Positions 1-9,800 of a stretch of DNA of 64,000 bases are shown here, piece by piece. Every line of letters starts with the position of its first letter. Within the stretch, counting starts at the first letter, position 1. This DNA comes from Acidobacteriota bacterium (GTDB lineage Bacteria; Acidobacteriota; Vicinamibacteria; Vicinamibacterales; JAKQTR01). The notes below the pieces were generated by a model. The model was not told where the DNA came from and searched no databases. It saw only the letters and a list, made by a program, of their open reading frames with translations. The stretch lies in assembly GCA_037133015.1 (NCBI GenBank), contig JBAXOX010000008.1, positions 26,368 through 90,367 on the forward strand. Reading direction: 5' to 3'. The position numbers and the translations under genes were made by a program.

Positions 1-286
1 ACAAATGGATTCACGGTCGCGATCGACAGGCCGCGCCCGGGTGGCGTCGGGAGCCTGGCGCACGTCAAGAGTGCCACAACGGGTGACTCGCCGCCACAGG
101 GAGTTGCGCGGGCTCGCTGGTGTGCCGGGCGGGGGCGGCGCCACTGGTGCTGATGCGGTCGCATGGCAATTCTTGGTAAGATCTCGCCGCCGACCTGCTT
201 TCGGCCCGATTCGCGGACCGCGAAGCCACGGGTGGCGATGAGTTGGATATTTGATGCCGGGCATCCGCCGGCACGAGAGGGCTGCA

Positions 287-3200
287 ATGAGACGTTTTAC
301 GAACCTTCGTCGAGCCGCATTGGTCGCGATGATTGCGCTGGCCAGCGCCGGGGTGACGGCCCAGCCGAATAAATATGCCCGCGACGCGAAGCAGCCGATC
401 GACGAGGAGTACACGAAGAAGATCAAGGAATACACGACGCAGCCCTTTTTCCTGTCGCCCCTGGTGGACTACCTCCCCGCGTCGAAGACCGTGCCCACGC
501 CGAAGGTCGTGCTCGGTGATGTGGCCGGCGCCCCGGGCAAGCTGCCCTACGCCGCCGAGGTGCACGCCTACATGCGCCTGCTCGAGAAGGCCGCGCCGGG
601 ACGCGTCAAGGTCTTCTCGATCGGCAAGTCCGAAGAGGGGCGCGAAATGATTGCCGTCGCGATTGCGGCCGAATCCGTGATGGCGAAGTTCGAGGACAAT
701 CGGGCCCGGCTCGCCAAGTTGGCCGACCCGCGCAGCATCAAGCTCGACGACGCGGAAGCCGATCGTCTCGTAGAGGCGTCGGTGCCCGTGTATTACATCA
801 CCGGCGCGATGCACGCGACCGAGACCGGGGCTCCGACTGCGTTGATGGAACTGGCGTACAGGCTGGTGGTGGACGACAGCCCGTACATCAAGGCCATTCG
901 CGGCAACGTGATCACCATGATCACGCCGGTGCTCGAGACCGACGGCCGCGACCGGCAGGTCGACATCTACAAGTGGCACCTCGCGCATCCCAACGACACC
1001 TGGCCGGCGCTGGCCTACTGGGGCAAGTACGTCGCGCACGACAACAATCGGGACGCGATGGGGGCCACGCTTGCGCTCACGAGAAACGTGATCAATACGG
1101 TCGTCGCGCACAAGGTCCAGGTGCTGCACGACCTGCACGAGTCGGTGCCGTACCTCTACGACAACACCGTCGGCGACGGCCCCTACAATGCGTGGGTCGA
1201 TCCGATCCTCACCGACGAGTGGCAGTTGCTCGGGTGGAACAACATGGCCGAGCTCACCAAGTTCGGCATGCCCGGCGCCTTTACGCATGGCACGTTCGAC
1301 ACCTGGTCGCCCGGGTACCTGATGTTCATCGGCGCGATGCACAACGGCATCAGCCGGCTCTACGAAACATTCGGAAACGGCGGCGCCGATACGGTCGAAC
1401 GCAAGCTCCAGCCGTCCGACTACGCGCGGACCTGGTACAAGCAGAACCCACCGCTGCCGAAGGTGATGTGGTCGCAGCGCAACAACAACAACTATCAGCA
1501 GACCGGCCTGCTCACGGCGCTGTCGTACTTCTCGGGCAACACGAAGCTGTTTCTCAAGAACTTTTATCTCAAGAGCAAACGCTCGGTGATCAAGCCGACG
1601 GTGGAAGGCCCGGCCGCCTACGTGCTGCCCGGCGACGACGGGCGGCCCGGTCCGCAGGCCGAAATGCTGCGCGTGCTGCAGCGGCAGGCCGTCGAGATTT
1701 CGCGCGCCACCTCAGCGTTCAGCGTGACGATGCCGGTCAAGAAGAAGCCGGCGCGACGCGGGGGCGACGAGGGCGGGGCCGATAAGGCGGGAGACGAGGC
1801 GCCGAAGGCCGAGACCAAGACAGACGACGCGAAGAAGGACGCGAAGCCCGCAACCGAGACGCGGCAGTTTCCGGCCGGCAGTTACATCATTCGCATGGAT
1901 CAGCCCTACAGCCGCATCGCGGATGCGCTGCTCGACTACCAGTACTGGAGCCCGACCGATCCGCAGAAGCGGCCGTACGACGACACCGGCTGGACCTTCG
2001 GCGAGCTGTTCAATGTGCAGGTGGTCCGGGTGACCGACGCGAAGGTGCTCGACGTGGCCATGGAGAAGGTGGCCGAAGTGAAGGCCCCGGGCGGCGTGGT
2101 GGGCAGCGGTGCCGTGTTCGCCGTGAACAACGACGCGGACCCTTCACTGATCGCCCTGCGGTACAGGCTCAAGGACGCCGCCATCGACGTCGCCGAAGAA
2201 GCGTTCGAGGCAGCGGGCAAGAAATTCCGCCGCGGGTCCTTTCTGATCAGGAACGCGGGCCAGGCCGACGTGCAGAGCGTGGCGGCCGAACTGGGGCTGC
2301 AGGCGCAGGCACTCGCCGCCGCGCCCACGGTGAAGACGCACGCCATCAAGACGCCTCGCATCGGCTATATCCACACCTGGATTGGCACGCAAGACGAGGG
2401 CTGGTGGCGGATGGAATTCGATCGCCTGAAGATTCCGTACGACTACGTCAGCACCCAGGTCATCGCGAAAGAGGCCAACCCGAACGCCCGGTGGGATGTG
2501 CTGGTGTTCCCGCCGGTTGGCCGCGCGGCGCAGCAGGTGGTGAGCGGGATGCCGATGTGGCGCAATCCGCTGCCATGGAAGACCACGGAGTTGACGCCCA
2601 ATATCGGGAAGATCGATTCGACCGACGACATGCGTCCGGGCCTCGGGTTGACGGGCGTGGCCAATCTTGAGACCTTCGTGCGCAAGGGCGGCGTGCTGAT
2701 TGTGGCCGACGACACGACGTTGCTCGCCAACATGTTCGGCATGACGCCTGGCCTGTCGGTGCAGGAGCCGTCCCGGCTGAAGGCGCCCGGCACGGTGATG
2801 CGCGCCAGGATCGTCGACGCGACCAGCCCGCTCGCCTACGGCTATGGCGACGGCGTGTCGATCTACTCGGCGCCCGGCTTGATCGTCGGCGTCAGCAACC
2901 TGCTGGGCGGGCGGGGCGGCCGAGGCGCGGCCGCCGGCGGACCGGAGCGGCCGACCGGGCGAGGCACCGCCGACGATCCCGATCAACCCCAGGGCTTTCC
3001 CGTTGTGGCGCCGCTGCCCGAGGAGCCGAAAGTCGAGGTGTGGCAGGCGGCACCGGTGACCCCCGATCAGCTGCGCAATCCGCTGAGCGTGATTCCGCCG
3101 CAGTACCGGCCTCGCGTCGTGTTGCGATACGGCGATGCGAAGGACCTGCTGGTCTCGGGCCTCATCGAAAACGGCAATGAGATCGCGCAGCGGCCGGCGC

Positions 3201-3352
3201 TGGTGGACGTGCCGCTCGACAAGGGGCACGTGGTCGTCTTCGCAAACAATCCCATGTGGCGCGGCGAAACGCAGGGCAGCTACGGATTCGTGTTCAACGC
3301 CATTCTGAATTTCGACAAGCTCGACGCGGGCCGGAAACTCGACGAGAAGTAG
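287..3352 (+). CDS. Secreted M14-family zinc metallocarboxypeptidase-like protein
   Basis: ORF 251..3352 (TTG 251, ATG 254). Preferred start is ATG 287, with GAGAGGG 6 nt upstream and a signal-peptide-like N-terminus MRRFTNLRRAALVAMIALASAGVTAQ. The HxxE zinc motif in YYITGAMHATETGAPTALMELAYRL is typical of M14 carboxypeptidases. A charged Lys/Asp/Ala linker lies mid-protein. Confidence 0.8.
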   Translation: MRRFTNLRRAALVAMIALASAGVTAQPNKYARDAKQPIDEEYTKKIKEYTTQPFFLSPLVDYLPASKTVPTPKVVLGDVAGAPGKLPYAAEVHAYMRLLEKAAPGRVKVFSIGKSEEGREMIAVAIAAESVMAKFEDNRARLAKLADPRSIKLDDAEADRLVEASVPVYYITGAMHATETGAPTALMELAYRLVVDDSPYIKAIRGNVITMITPVLETDGRDRQVDIYKWHLAHPNDTWPALAYWGKYVAHDNNRDAMGATLALTRNVINTVVAHKVQVLHDLHESVPYLYDNTVGDGPYNAWVDPILTDEWQLLGWNNMAELTKFGMPGAFTHGTFDTWSPGYLMFIGAMHNGISRLYETFGNGGADTVERKLQPSDYARTWYKQNPPLPKVMWSQRNNNNYQQTGLLTALSYFSGNTKLFLKNFYLKSKRSVIKPTVEGPAAYVLPGDDGRPGPQAEMLRVLQRQAVEISRATSAFSVTMPVKKKPARRGGDEGGADKAGDEAPKAETKTDDAKKDAKPATETRQFPAGSYIIRMDQPYSRIADALLDYQYWSPTDPQKRPYDDTGWTFGELFNVQVVRVTDAKVLDVAMEKVAEVKAPGGVVGSGAVFAVNNDADPSLIALRYRLKDAAIDVAEEAFEAAGKKFRRGSFLIRNAGQADVQSVAAELGLQAQALAAAPTVKTHAIKTPRIGYIHTWIGTQDEGWWRMEFDRLKIPYDYVSTQVIAKEANPNARWDVLVFPPVGRAAQQVVSGMPMWRNPLPWKTTELTPNIGKIDSTDDMRPGLGLTGVANLETFVRKGGVLIVADDTTLLANMFGMTPGLSVQEPSRLKAPGTVMRARIVDATSPLAYGYGDGVSIYSAPGLIVGVSNLLGGRGGRGAAAGGPERPTGRGTADDPDQPQGFPVVAPLPEEPKVEVWQAAPVTPDQLRNPLSVIPPQYRPRVVLRYGDAKDLLVSGLIENGNEIAQRPALVDVPLDKGHVVVFANNPMWRGETQGSYGFVFNAILNFDKLDAGRKLDEK

Positions 3353-3513
3353 GTCGGCGTTTCGAGTGGACGTCGGTCGGAAGCTCGGTCGGAAACTCGA
3401 CGCGGGGCCGAAGGTCGACGAGAAGTGATTCGGAGTGTCGACAAGCTCGACGCGGGCCGGAAACTCGACGAGAAGTAGGTCGGCGTTTCGAGTAAACGTC
3501 GGTCGGAAGCTCG
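3312..3513 (+). repeat. 76-bp direct repeat (3312-3387 and 3438-3513, 2 mismatches, 126-bp period) with a degenerate middle copy (3398-3428); includes the 3' end and stop codon of the M14 gene
   Basis: Base-by-base alignment by eye. The copies are identical except gga versus aaa at 3368-3369 / 3494-3495. Each copy carries ...ctcgacgcgggccggaaactcgacgagaagtag. Confidence 0.9.
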
Positions 3514-3530
3514 ACCCAGGAGAGTGTTGT

Positions 3531-6500
3531 ATGCGCCGATCAGCGCTGCGTTCTACGTGTGTCGCCGTGTGTCTGGCTGGCGTGGCATCTGTGGCGATTG
3601 GCGTCGGCGCCGGGGCACAGGCCCCTGCGCCGGCTCCCGCTCCTGCACCCGCGCCGGCGGCCGGGTACCCGGACCCGCTCTTTTCGTCGCTCAAATGGCG
3701 CAACATCGGGCCGAACCGGGGCGGCCGGTCCATCGCGGTGGCCGGCAGCGCGTCGCGGCCCTTCGAGTACTACTTCGGCGCGACCGGCGGAGGGGTGTGG
3801 AAGACCTCCGACGGCGGCACGACCTGGAAACCGGTCAGTGACACGTTCTTCAAGACCTCGTCGGTCGGTGCGCTCGCGGTATCGGAATCGAATCCCGACA
3901 TCGTCTACGCCGGCATGGGCGAGACCGAACTGCGCGGCAACATCATTCAGGGCGACGGCGTCTACAAATCGGTGGACGCGGGCAAGACCTGGGTGCACAC
4001 CGGCCTCAAGGAGACGCAGGCGATTGCGAGGATTCGGGTTCACCCGAAGAACCCCGATCTCGTCTATGTCGCGGCCCTGGGCAAACCGTACGCGCCAGGA
4101 TCCGATCGCGGCGTGATGCGATCGAAAGACGGCGGCAAGACGTGGGAGCGGATCCTGTTCCGCGATTCGAAGTCCGGCGCGGTCGACCTGTCGATGGATC
4201 CGAACAATCCCGACGTGCTCTACGCCGCGCTCTGGGAAGTGTTTCGGACGCCCCATTCCCTGTCGAGCGGCGGCGCGGGCAGCGGACTGTTCAAGTCGAG
4301 TGATGGCGGCACGACGTGGTCGGATCTGACGAAGAACCCCGGGTTGCCGGCCGGCATCTGGGGCAAGGTTGGCGTGGCCGTCTCTCCGGCCGACGGCAAG
4401 CGCGTCTACGCGGTTGTCGAAAACGAAAGCGGCGGCGTCTTCGTGTCTGACGATGCCGGCGCGACCTGGAAGCTGGCCAACAGCGAACGCCGTCTCCGGC
4501 AGCGGGCCTTCTACTACTCGCGCATCTACGCCGACCCGAAGGAGCGCGACACGATGTACGTGCTCAACACCGGCTTCTACCGGTCGACCGACGGGGGCAA
4601 GACGTATAAGGGGATTCGCGTGCCGCACGGGGACAACCACGACCTGTGGATTGCGCCCAACGACCCCAAGCGCATGGTCAATTCGAACGATGGCGGGGCC
4701 AACGTATCGGTGACAGGCGGGGAGTCGTGGACGGGGCAGACGTTCCCGACCGCGCAGTTCTACGGCGCCTTCGTCACCGCTGACGTGCCGTATCAAGTCT
4801 GCGGTGCGCAGCAGGACAACAGCACGGTGTGCGTCCCGAGCACCGGCAACGGCAGCCGGTACCAGGAAGTGGGAGGCGGGGAGAGCGGCTACGTCGCTCC
4901 CGATCCGCTCAATCCCGATCTGTTCTACTCGGGCAGTTACGGGGGCGACCTCACGAGGTACGACCGGAAATCGGAGCAGTATCGGGCCATCAATCCGTGG
5001 CCGGACAATCCGATGGGGTATTCGGCGATCGACATCAAGGAACGGTTCCAGTGGACGTATCCCGCGGTGTTCTCGCCCGCCGATCCGAACGTGCTCTACG
5101 TCGGATCGCAGCATGTGTGGAAGACGGTCAACCAGGGGCAGAGCTGGGAGCGGATCAGCCCCGATCTGACGCGGCACGATCCGTCGACGATGGGGCCGTC
5201 GGGCGGTCCGATTACGCTCGATCAAACGGGCGTTGAGACGTACGCCACCATCTTCACCATCGCGCCCTCGCGCCTCGACGCGAAGCTGATCTGGACCGGG
5301 TCCGACGACGGCTACGTGCAGGTGACGCAGGACGGGGGAAAGACGTGGATCAACGTCACCCCGGCCGGGCTGCCTCCTTTTGCGCGCATCAGCCTGGTCG
5401 AGGCCTCGCCGCACAAGGCGGGGACCGCGTTTGTGGCGGCGAACCGGTACCAACGAGACGATCGCGCCCCGTACCTCTATCGCACCGACGACTTCGGCAA
5501 GACGTGGACAAAGATTGTCGCGGGGATCGGCGCCGACGATTTTGCGCGCTGCATTCGCGAGGACATCAAGAAGCCCGGGCTGCTGTACGCGGGCACCGAA
5601 CACGGCGTCTTCGTCTCGTTCGACAACGGAAACGCCTGGCAGTCGCTGCGTCTGGATTTGCCGGTGACGCCGGTCCACGGGATCGTGTCGACGGAAAGCG
5701 ATCTGGCAATCGCGACTCACGGTCGATCGTTCTACGTGCTGGACAACGCCGCGCTGCTCAGGCAGTTCACGCCGACGGTGGCGGCCGCCACGCTTCACCT
5801 GTTCGACGCACCGCCCGCCATCCGTGGCGTCAGCCGCGGTGTGTCGATCGACTACCTCCTGAAGGCGGCGGCCGAGAAGGTCACCATCGAGATTCTGGAT
5901 GCGCAGGGCGAGGTGGTGGACACCTACACGGGAACGGCGGAGAAAGACGAGGCGAAACCGGACGCCGCGCCTGCGGGCGAGGAAGAGGGCTTCCGGAGGC
6001 GCGCGCCGAAGGTGGCGACCAAGGCCGGCATGAACCGCTTCGTCTGGGACATGTGTTACGCAAGCGCGAAGGATTTTCCGGGCATGATCCTGTGGGCCGG
6101 AGGCATCAGGGGACCGATGGCCTTGCCCGGCGCGTACCGCGTCCGGCTGACGTCCGGGGGCGAGACAAAGACCGCCGCATTCACGATTCGGAAGAATCCG
6201 AATCTGGCGGGAGTGACCGACGACGATCTGGCGGAGCAGTTCAAGCTCGCGCTGCAGATTCGCGACAAGGTGACCCAGGCAAACGAGGCCGTGATTCGCA
6301 TCCGTGATTTGAAGAAGCAGATTGCCGAGCGCACCGCGGCCGTCAAGTCGAAGGAGAAGGGCCAGCAGTCGTCCGACGCGCTGATCGCGGGAGAGGCCCT
6401 CACGCTGAAGTTGACCATGGTCGAGGGCGAGATCTATCAGTACCGGAACCAGAGCAGTCAGGATCCGCTCAACTTCCCGATCAAGCTGAACAACAAGCTG

Positions 6501-6683
6501 GCGGCCTTGCAGGGCGTCGTGGAAGGTGGCGACGGCAAGCCCACCGCGCAGTCGTACACGGTGCTCGCGGAGTTATCGTCGCGGCTGGACGAACAGCTGG
6601 CCAGACTGGCCGCCATCGTCAAGACGGATGTGCCGGCGTTCAATAAAGAAGTGCAGAAGAAGAAACTCGAGGCGATCAAGTAG
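3531..6683 (+). CDS. Secreted BNR/Asp-box repeat protein (sortilin/VPS10-like, glycosyl-hydrolase-like beta-propellers)
   Basis: ORF 3435..6683. Preferred start is ATG 3531, with AGGAG at 3518-3522 and signal peptide MRRSALRSTCVAVCLAGVASVAIGVGAGAQA followed by an (AP)6 linker. There are at least eight SxDxGxTW Asp-boxes: TSDGGTTWKPV, SVDAGKTWVH, SKDGGKTWERI, SSDGGTTWSDL, SDDAGATWKL, STDGGKTYKG, TQDGGKTWINV, TDDFGKTWTKI. Confidence 0.8.
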   Translation: MRRSALRSTCVAVCLAGVASVAIGVGAGAQAPAPAPAPAPAPAAGYPDPLFSSLKWRNIGPNRGGRSIAVAGSASRPFEYYFGATGGGVWKTSDGGTTWKPVSDTFFKTSSVGALAVSESNPDIVYAGMGETELRGNIIQGDGVYKSVDAGKTWVHTGLKETQAIARIRVHPKNPDLVYVAALGKPYAPGSDRGVMRSKDGGKTWERILFRDSKSGAVDLSMDPNNPDVLYAALWEVFRTPHSLSSGGAGSGLFKSSDGGTTWSDLTKNPGLPAGIWGKVGVAVSPADGKRVYAVVENESGGVFVSDDAGATWKLANSERRLRQRAFYYSRIYADPKERDTMYVLNTGFYRSTDGGKTYKGIRVPHGDNHDLWIAPNDPKRMVNSNDGGANVSVTGGESWTGQTFPTAQFYGAFVTADVPYQVCGAQQDNSTVCVPSTGNGSRYQEVGGGESGYVAPDPLNPDLFYSGSYGGDLTRYDRKSEQYRAINPWPDNPMGYSAIDIKERFQWTYPAVFSPADPNVLYVGSQHVWKTVNQGQSWERISPDLTRHDPSTMGPSGGPITLDQTGVETYATIFTIAPSRLDAKLIWTGSDDGYVQVTQDGGKTWINVTPAGLPPFARISLVEASPHKAGTAFVAANRYQRDDRAPYLYRTDDFGKTWTKIVAGIGADDFARCIREDIKKPGLLYAGTEHGVFVSFDNGNAWQSLRLDLPVTPVHGIVSTESDLAIATHGRSFYVLDNAALLRQFTPTVAAATLHLFDAPPAIRGVSRGVSIDYLLKAAAEKVTIEILDAQGEVVDTYTGTAEKDEAKPDAAPAGEEEGFRRRAPKVATKAGMNRFVWDMCYASAKDFPGMILWAGGIRGPMALPGAYRVRLTSGGETKTAAFTIRKNPNLAGVTDDDLAEQFKLALQIRDKVTQANEAVIRIRDLKKQIAERTAAVKSKEKGQQSSDALIAGEALTLKLTMVEGEIYQYRNQSSQDPLNFPIKLNNKLAALQGVVEGGDGKPTAQSYTVLAELSSRLDEQLARLAAIVKTDVPAFNKEVQKKKLEAIK

Positions 6684-6812
6684 CGCGACCCGGCGCAAGT
6701 TAGCCACGGGCCCGACCACGTTCGCACGGGGGCCGGGGCTTCACGACGGCAGTTGCAGCGTTAGGTCAGCCCTCGCCCGCATGGAGGCTGGGGCTGCCGC
6801 CCCGGCGATCAT

Positions 6813-9800
6813 CTACGCGTGAGCGAGCGGATGCTCCGCCAGCAGCTTGTCGAGCCACAAGCTGGCGAGCTTCTCTTGTACCGTGTTCTGCCTGAGGCGC
6901 CCCTGCAGATTCGGGAAGTCGACACGATCCATCAACTGGTCCTGGTTGAAGCACGTGAAGACGATCGTCTCCTGGCCGGTCTTCGGGTCCACGTGGCGCT
7001 GAAGGCACTGGGCGCAGACTTCCTTCATCATGCACTGCATCGGCGAATTGATGCTGGCGATCGCGATGTGATCGTCCTTGAGGAACGGCTCGAGGACGGT
7101 CAGGCGGGCGGCCTTCACCGCCGCCATCATCCGGTCTGACCCGATCGCGATGATGCGATCGATCGAGGGCATCGGCACCATCGCGGCGCCAAGTTCGCCC
7201 TTCGCATACGCCACCATCGCCTCGACGATGTTGCCGCGGACGTGCGAGTCCTGGGGCCGGCTTGGCGCAATGGGAGCGCCGGCATCGGTGGTCCAGATCA
7301 GTTGATCGGCCGACGCCTCGACCTCTTCCCGCTTGAACAGGTCTTCGCCGCGCTTGTAGCCGGCGAAGTAGAGCACGCGGCAGCCCTTGTGCCGCAACGC
7401 CCGGCCGATGGAGAACAAGACGGCGTTTCCGAGTCCGCCGCCTGCCAGGAGCACGTGTTCACCGCTCGGTATCTCGGTAGGCGAACCGGTCGGACCCATG
7501 ACGACGACCGGGTCGCCTGGTTTCAGGTACGCGCAGAGCCGGCTCGAGACGCCCATTTCGAGCGCGATCATCGACAGGAGGCCTTGCGTCCGGTCAACCG
7601 CCGCTCCCGTCAACGCCAGCCCCTCCATCAGCATCCGGGGCGCATGGGGCCCGGCCCCCACCTGTGGCGACCGGGTCTCGAAATTCTGCAGGCGGAAAAA
7701 CTGTCCGGGCTCGAATCTGCGCGCCGCGGCCGGCGCCTTCACGACGATATCCACAATGTTGGGTGTGAGGCGCGTTACCGATACGACGTGCGCCTGGAAT
7801 TGATCGTCGAGATTCGCGGTCAGCGCTCGCCAGCCGGCCTCGCGCTGTTGTTGCGTCGGGAGGTCGGCGGCGGGGGAGTCGTCGGCGAACAGTTTCGCGA
7901 TCTGGTGGAAGCCATCTCGCGCCGACGCCATGGCCTTGACGACATTGCCGGCGTACTTCGGGTGGTTGTCGCCGTAGTAGGTGACGAAGCGACCGTCGTG
8001 CTCGTGCGAGGTAAAGAACCCGTCACGCGCCGGAACGAGGCGGAATCGGCCGTCCGTCCCCTTCTCGACATCGTGCGCCTTGAAGAATCGTTGCCGCTGA
8101 TCCAGTTCGAACGTGCCCGGGTGTTCGCGCTCGTATGTGACATTGGGCGTCGTGCCGGCCGCCACGAATACGGAACGAGCCGGCAGCGTGTACGCGGCCT
8201 CGCCGTCCCGCCACGCGCCTTGGTCGTAGACCTGCTCCCGCACGCGGATGGCGGCCACATGCCCGAGTTGGTCGGGCAGCGCCTCTTCAGGGTTCAGGCG
8301 TTCGACGAAACGGATGCCCTCTTCGAGCGACTTGGTGATCTCCTCATGGTTGAGCCGGTACGCGGGCGAATCGACCAGTCCCTTTCTGTAGACCACCGAC
8401 ACCCCGCCCCACCCCTGCATCAGAGGCACGAAAGTCGGCGGCTCGCCAGCCGTGGCGGCCCGTTGACGCTCGGCGCGCACATCGCGACCGTGTGCGAGGA
8501 ACTCGTCGAGCACCTCGCGCTCTTCGGCGTCAAAGATCGCGCGGATCGTTTCCTCGCCGCGCTCGGCGATCAGCGTCTCGTAGCGCGCCAGCGTCTTCTC
8601 AACCTGCTGGGGATAGAAGGCCATCACTTCGGTCGCCGTGTCGATGGCGGTGAGTCCTCCACCGATGACGATCGCCGGCATGCGCACCTGGAGGTTGGCG
8701 AACGCCTCGCGCTTGAAGGCGCCGGTCAGTTGCAGCGCCATCAGGAAATCGCTGGCTTGGCGAATGCCGCGCAACAGCGTGTTCTTCATGTCGAGAATGG
8801 TCGGTCGCCCCGCACCTGCGGCCATGGCGATGTGATCAAACCCCAGGTCCCACGCCTCGTTGATGGGCAGGGTTCCGCCGAATCGCACGCCGCCGTACAT
8901 GCGCAGCAGACGGCGCCGCGCCAGCGTAAGGTGGAGCAGTGTCAGGAAATTCTTGTCCCACCTCACCGTAATGCCGTATTCAGACACGCCGCCGAAGCCT
9001 TCCAGGGCCCGCTCGTTCAGCGGGAGGTAGAGGGAGTGCCAGTCCCTCACCGGACCAGGGGGGCCATCGTCTCCGCCCGTGATCGCGGTGGGCAGCGGTT
9101 CGATTTTCAACCCGTCGAGGCCGACGACGCCGAACCCTTCGTTGACCAGATAATGGGCGAGCGTGTACCCGGCCGGGCCGAGCCCCACCACCAGGACGTT
9201 GCGGCCGTTGTACGGCAGTGGGTACGGGCGCTGAATGTTGAGCGGATTCCAGCGCGACAGCAGTCCGTAGATTTCGATCCCCCACGGCAGTGTCAACACG
9301 TCGGTGAGCACACCGGTTTCGACCTGCGGGATGTCAACCGGATCCTGCTTCTGATAAATGCACGCCTTCATGCAGTCGTTGCAGATGCGGTGTCCGGTGC
9401 CGGGGCACAGCGGGTTGTCAAGCGTGACGAGGGCCAGGGCTCCCAGCGCGTCCCCGCGCTTGCGCAGGAAGTGAATCTCGGAGATCTTCTGGTCGAGGGG
9501 ACACCCGTCGAGCCGGATCCCGAGAGGATTGGACACGATGGCGCCGTCCTTGCCCGAGAGCCCCTTTGAACACGAGTCCTTGTCACGCTCATGGCAGAGA
9601 ATGCAGTAGTGAATCTCACCCAGTGTCTGGCGGGTCGTCATGCGCGGATCGGTGAGCGTGAACCCGTCGCGACGTCGCAGTCCCGATTCCGGACCGCTGA
9701 TGGCCGTCGGCAGGTCGTGCGATCGGTGTTCGATGTCGACGAGCGCGAAGAAGTCGACTGGGCTGGGCAGATGGAAGATCACCCACGACTTGTACGCCGG

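Noticed and set aside
5-241. 78-aa ORF at the window start, and an open minus-strand frame running off the left edge from ATG 165
   Set aside because: The translations are Arg/Gly/Pro-rich with no motif or RBS, so there is nothing to support a gene call.
65-1342. 425-aa minus-strand ORF, with 2144..3733, 3540..5798 and 7242..9569
   Set aside because: They are antisense to the M14, BNR and oxidoreductase genes. The translations are dominated by R/G/P/H/V runs.
3312-3513. Possible CRISPR-like or minisatellite array
   Set aside because: There are only two good copies plus one degenerate copy. The repeats include coding sequence, there is no regular repeat-spacer structure, and no cas genes are nearby.
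3621-3660. (GCN CCN)n repeat encoding APAPAPAPAPAPA
   Set aside because: This is an ordinary low-complexity linker following the signal peptide of the BNR protein, not an independent repeat element.
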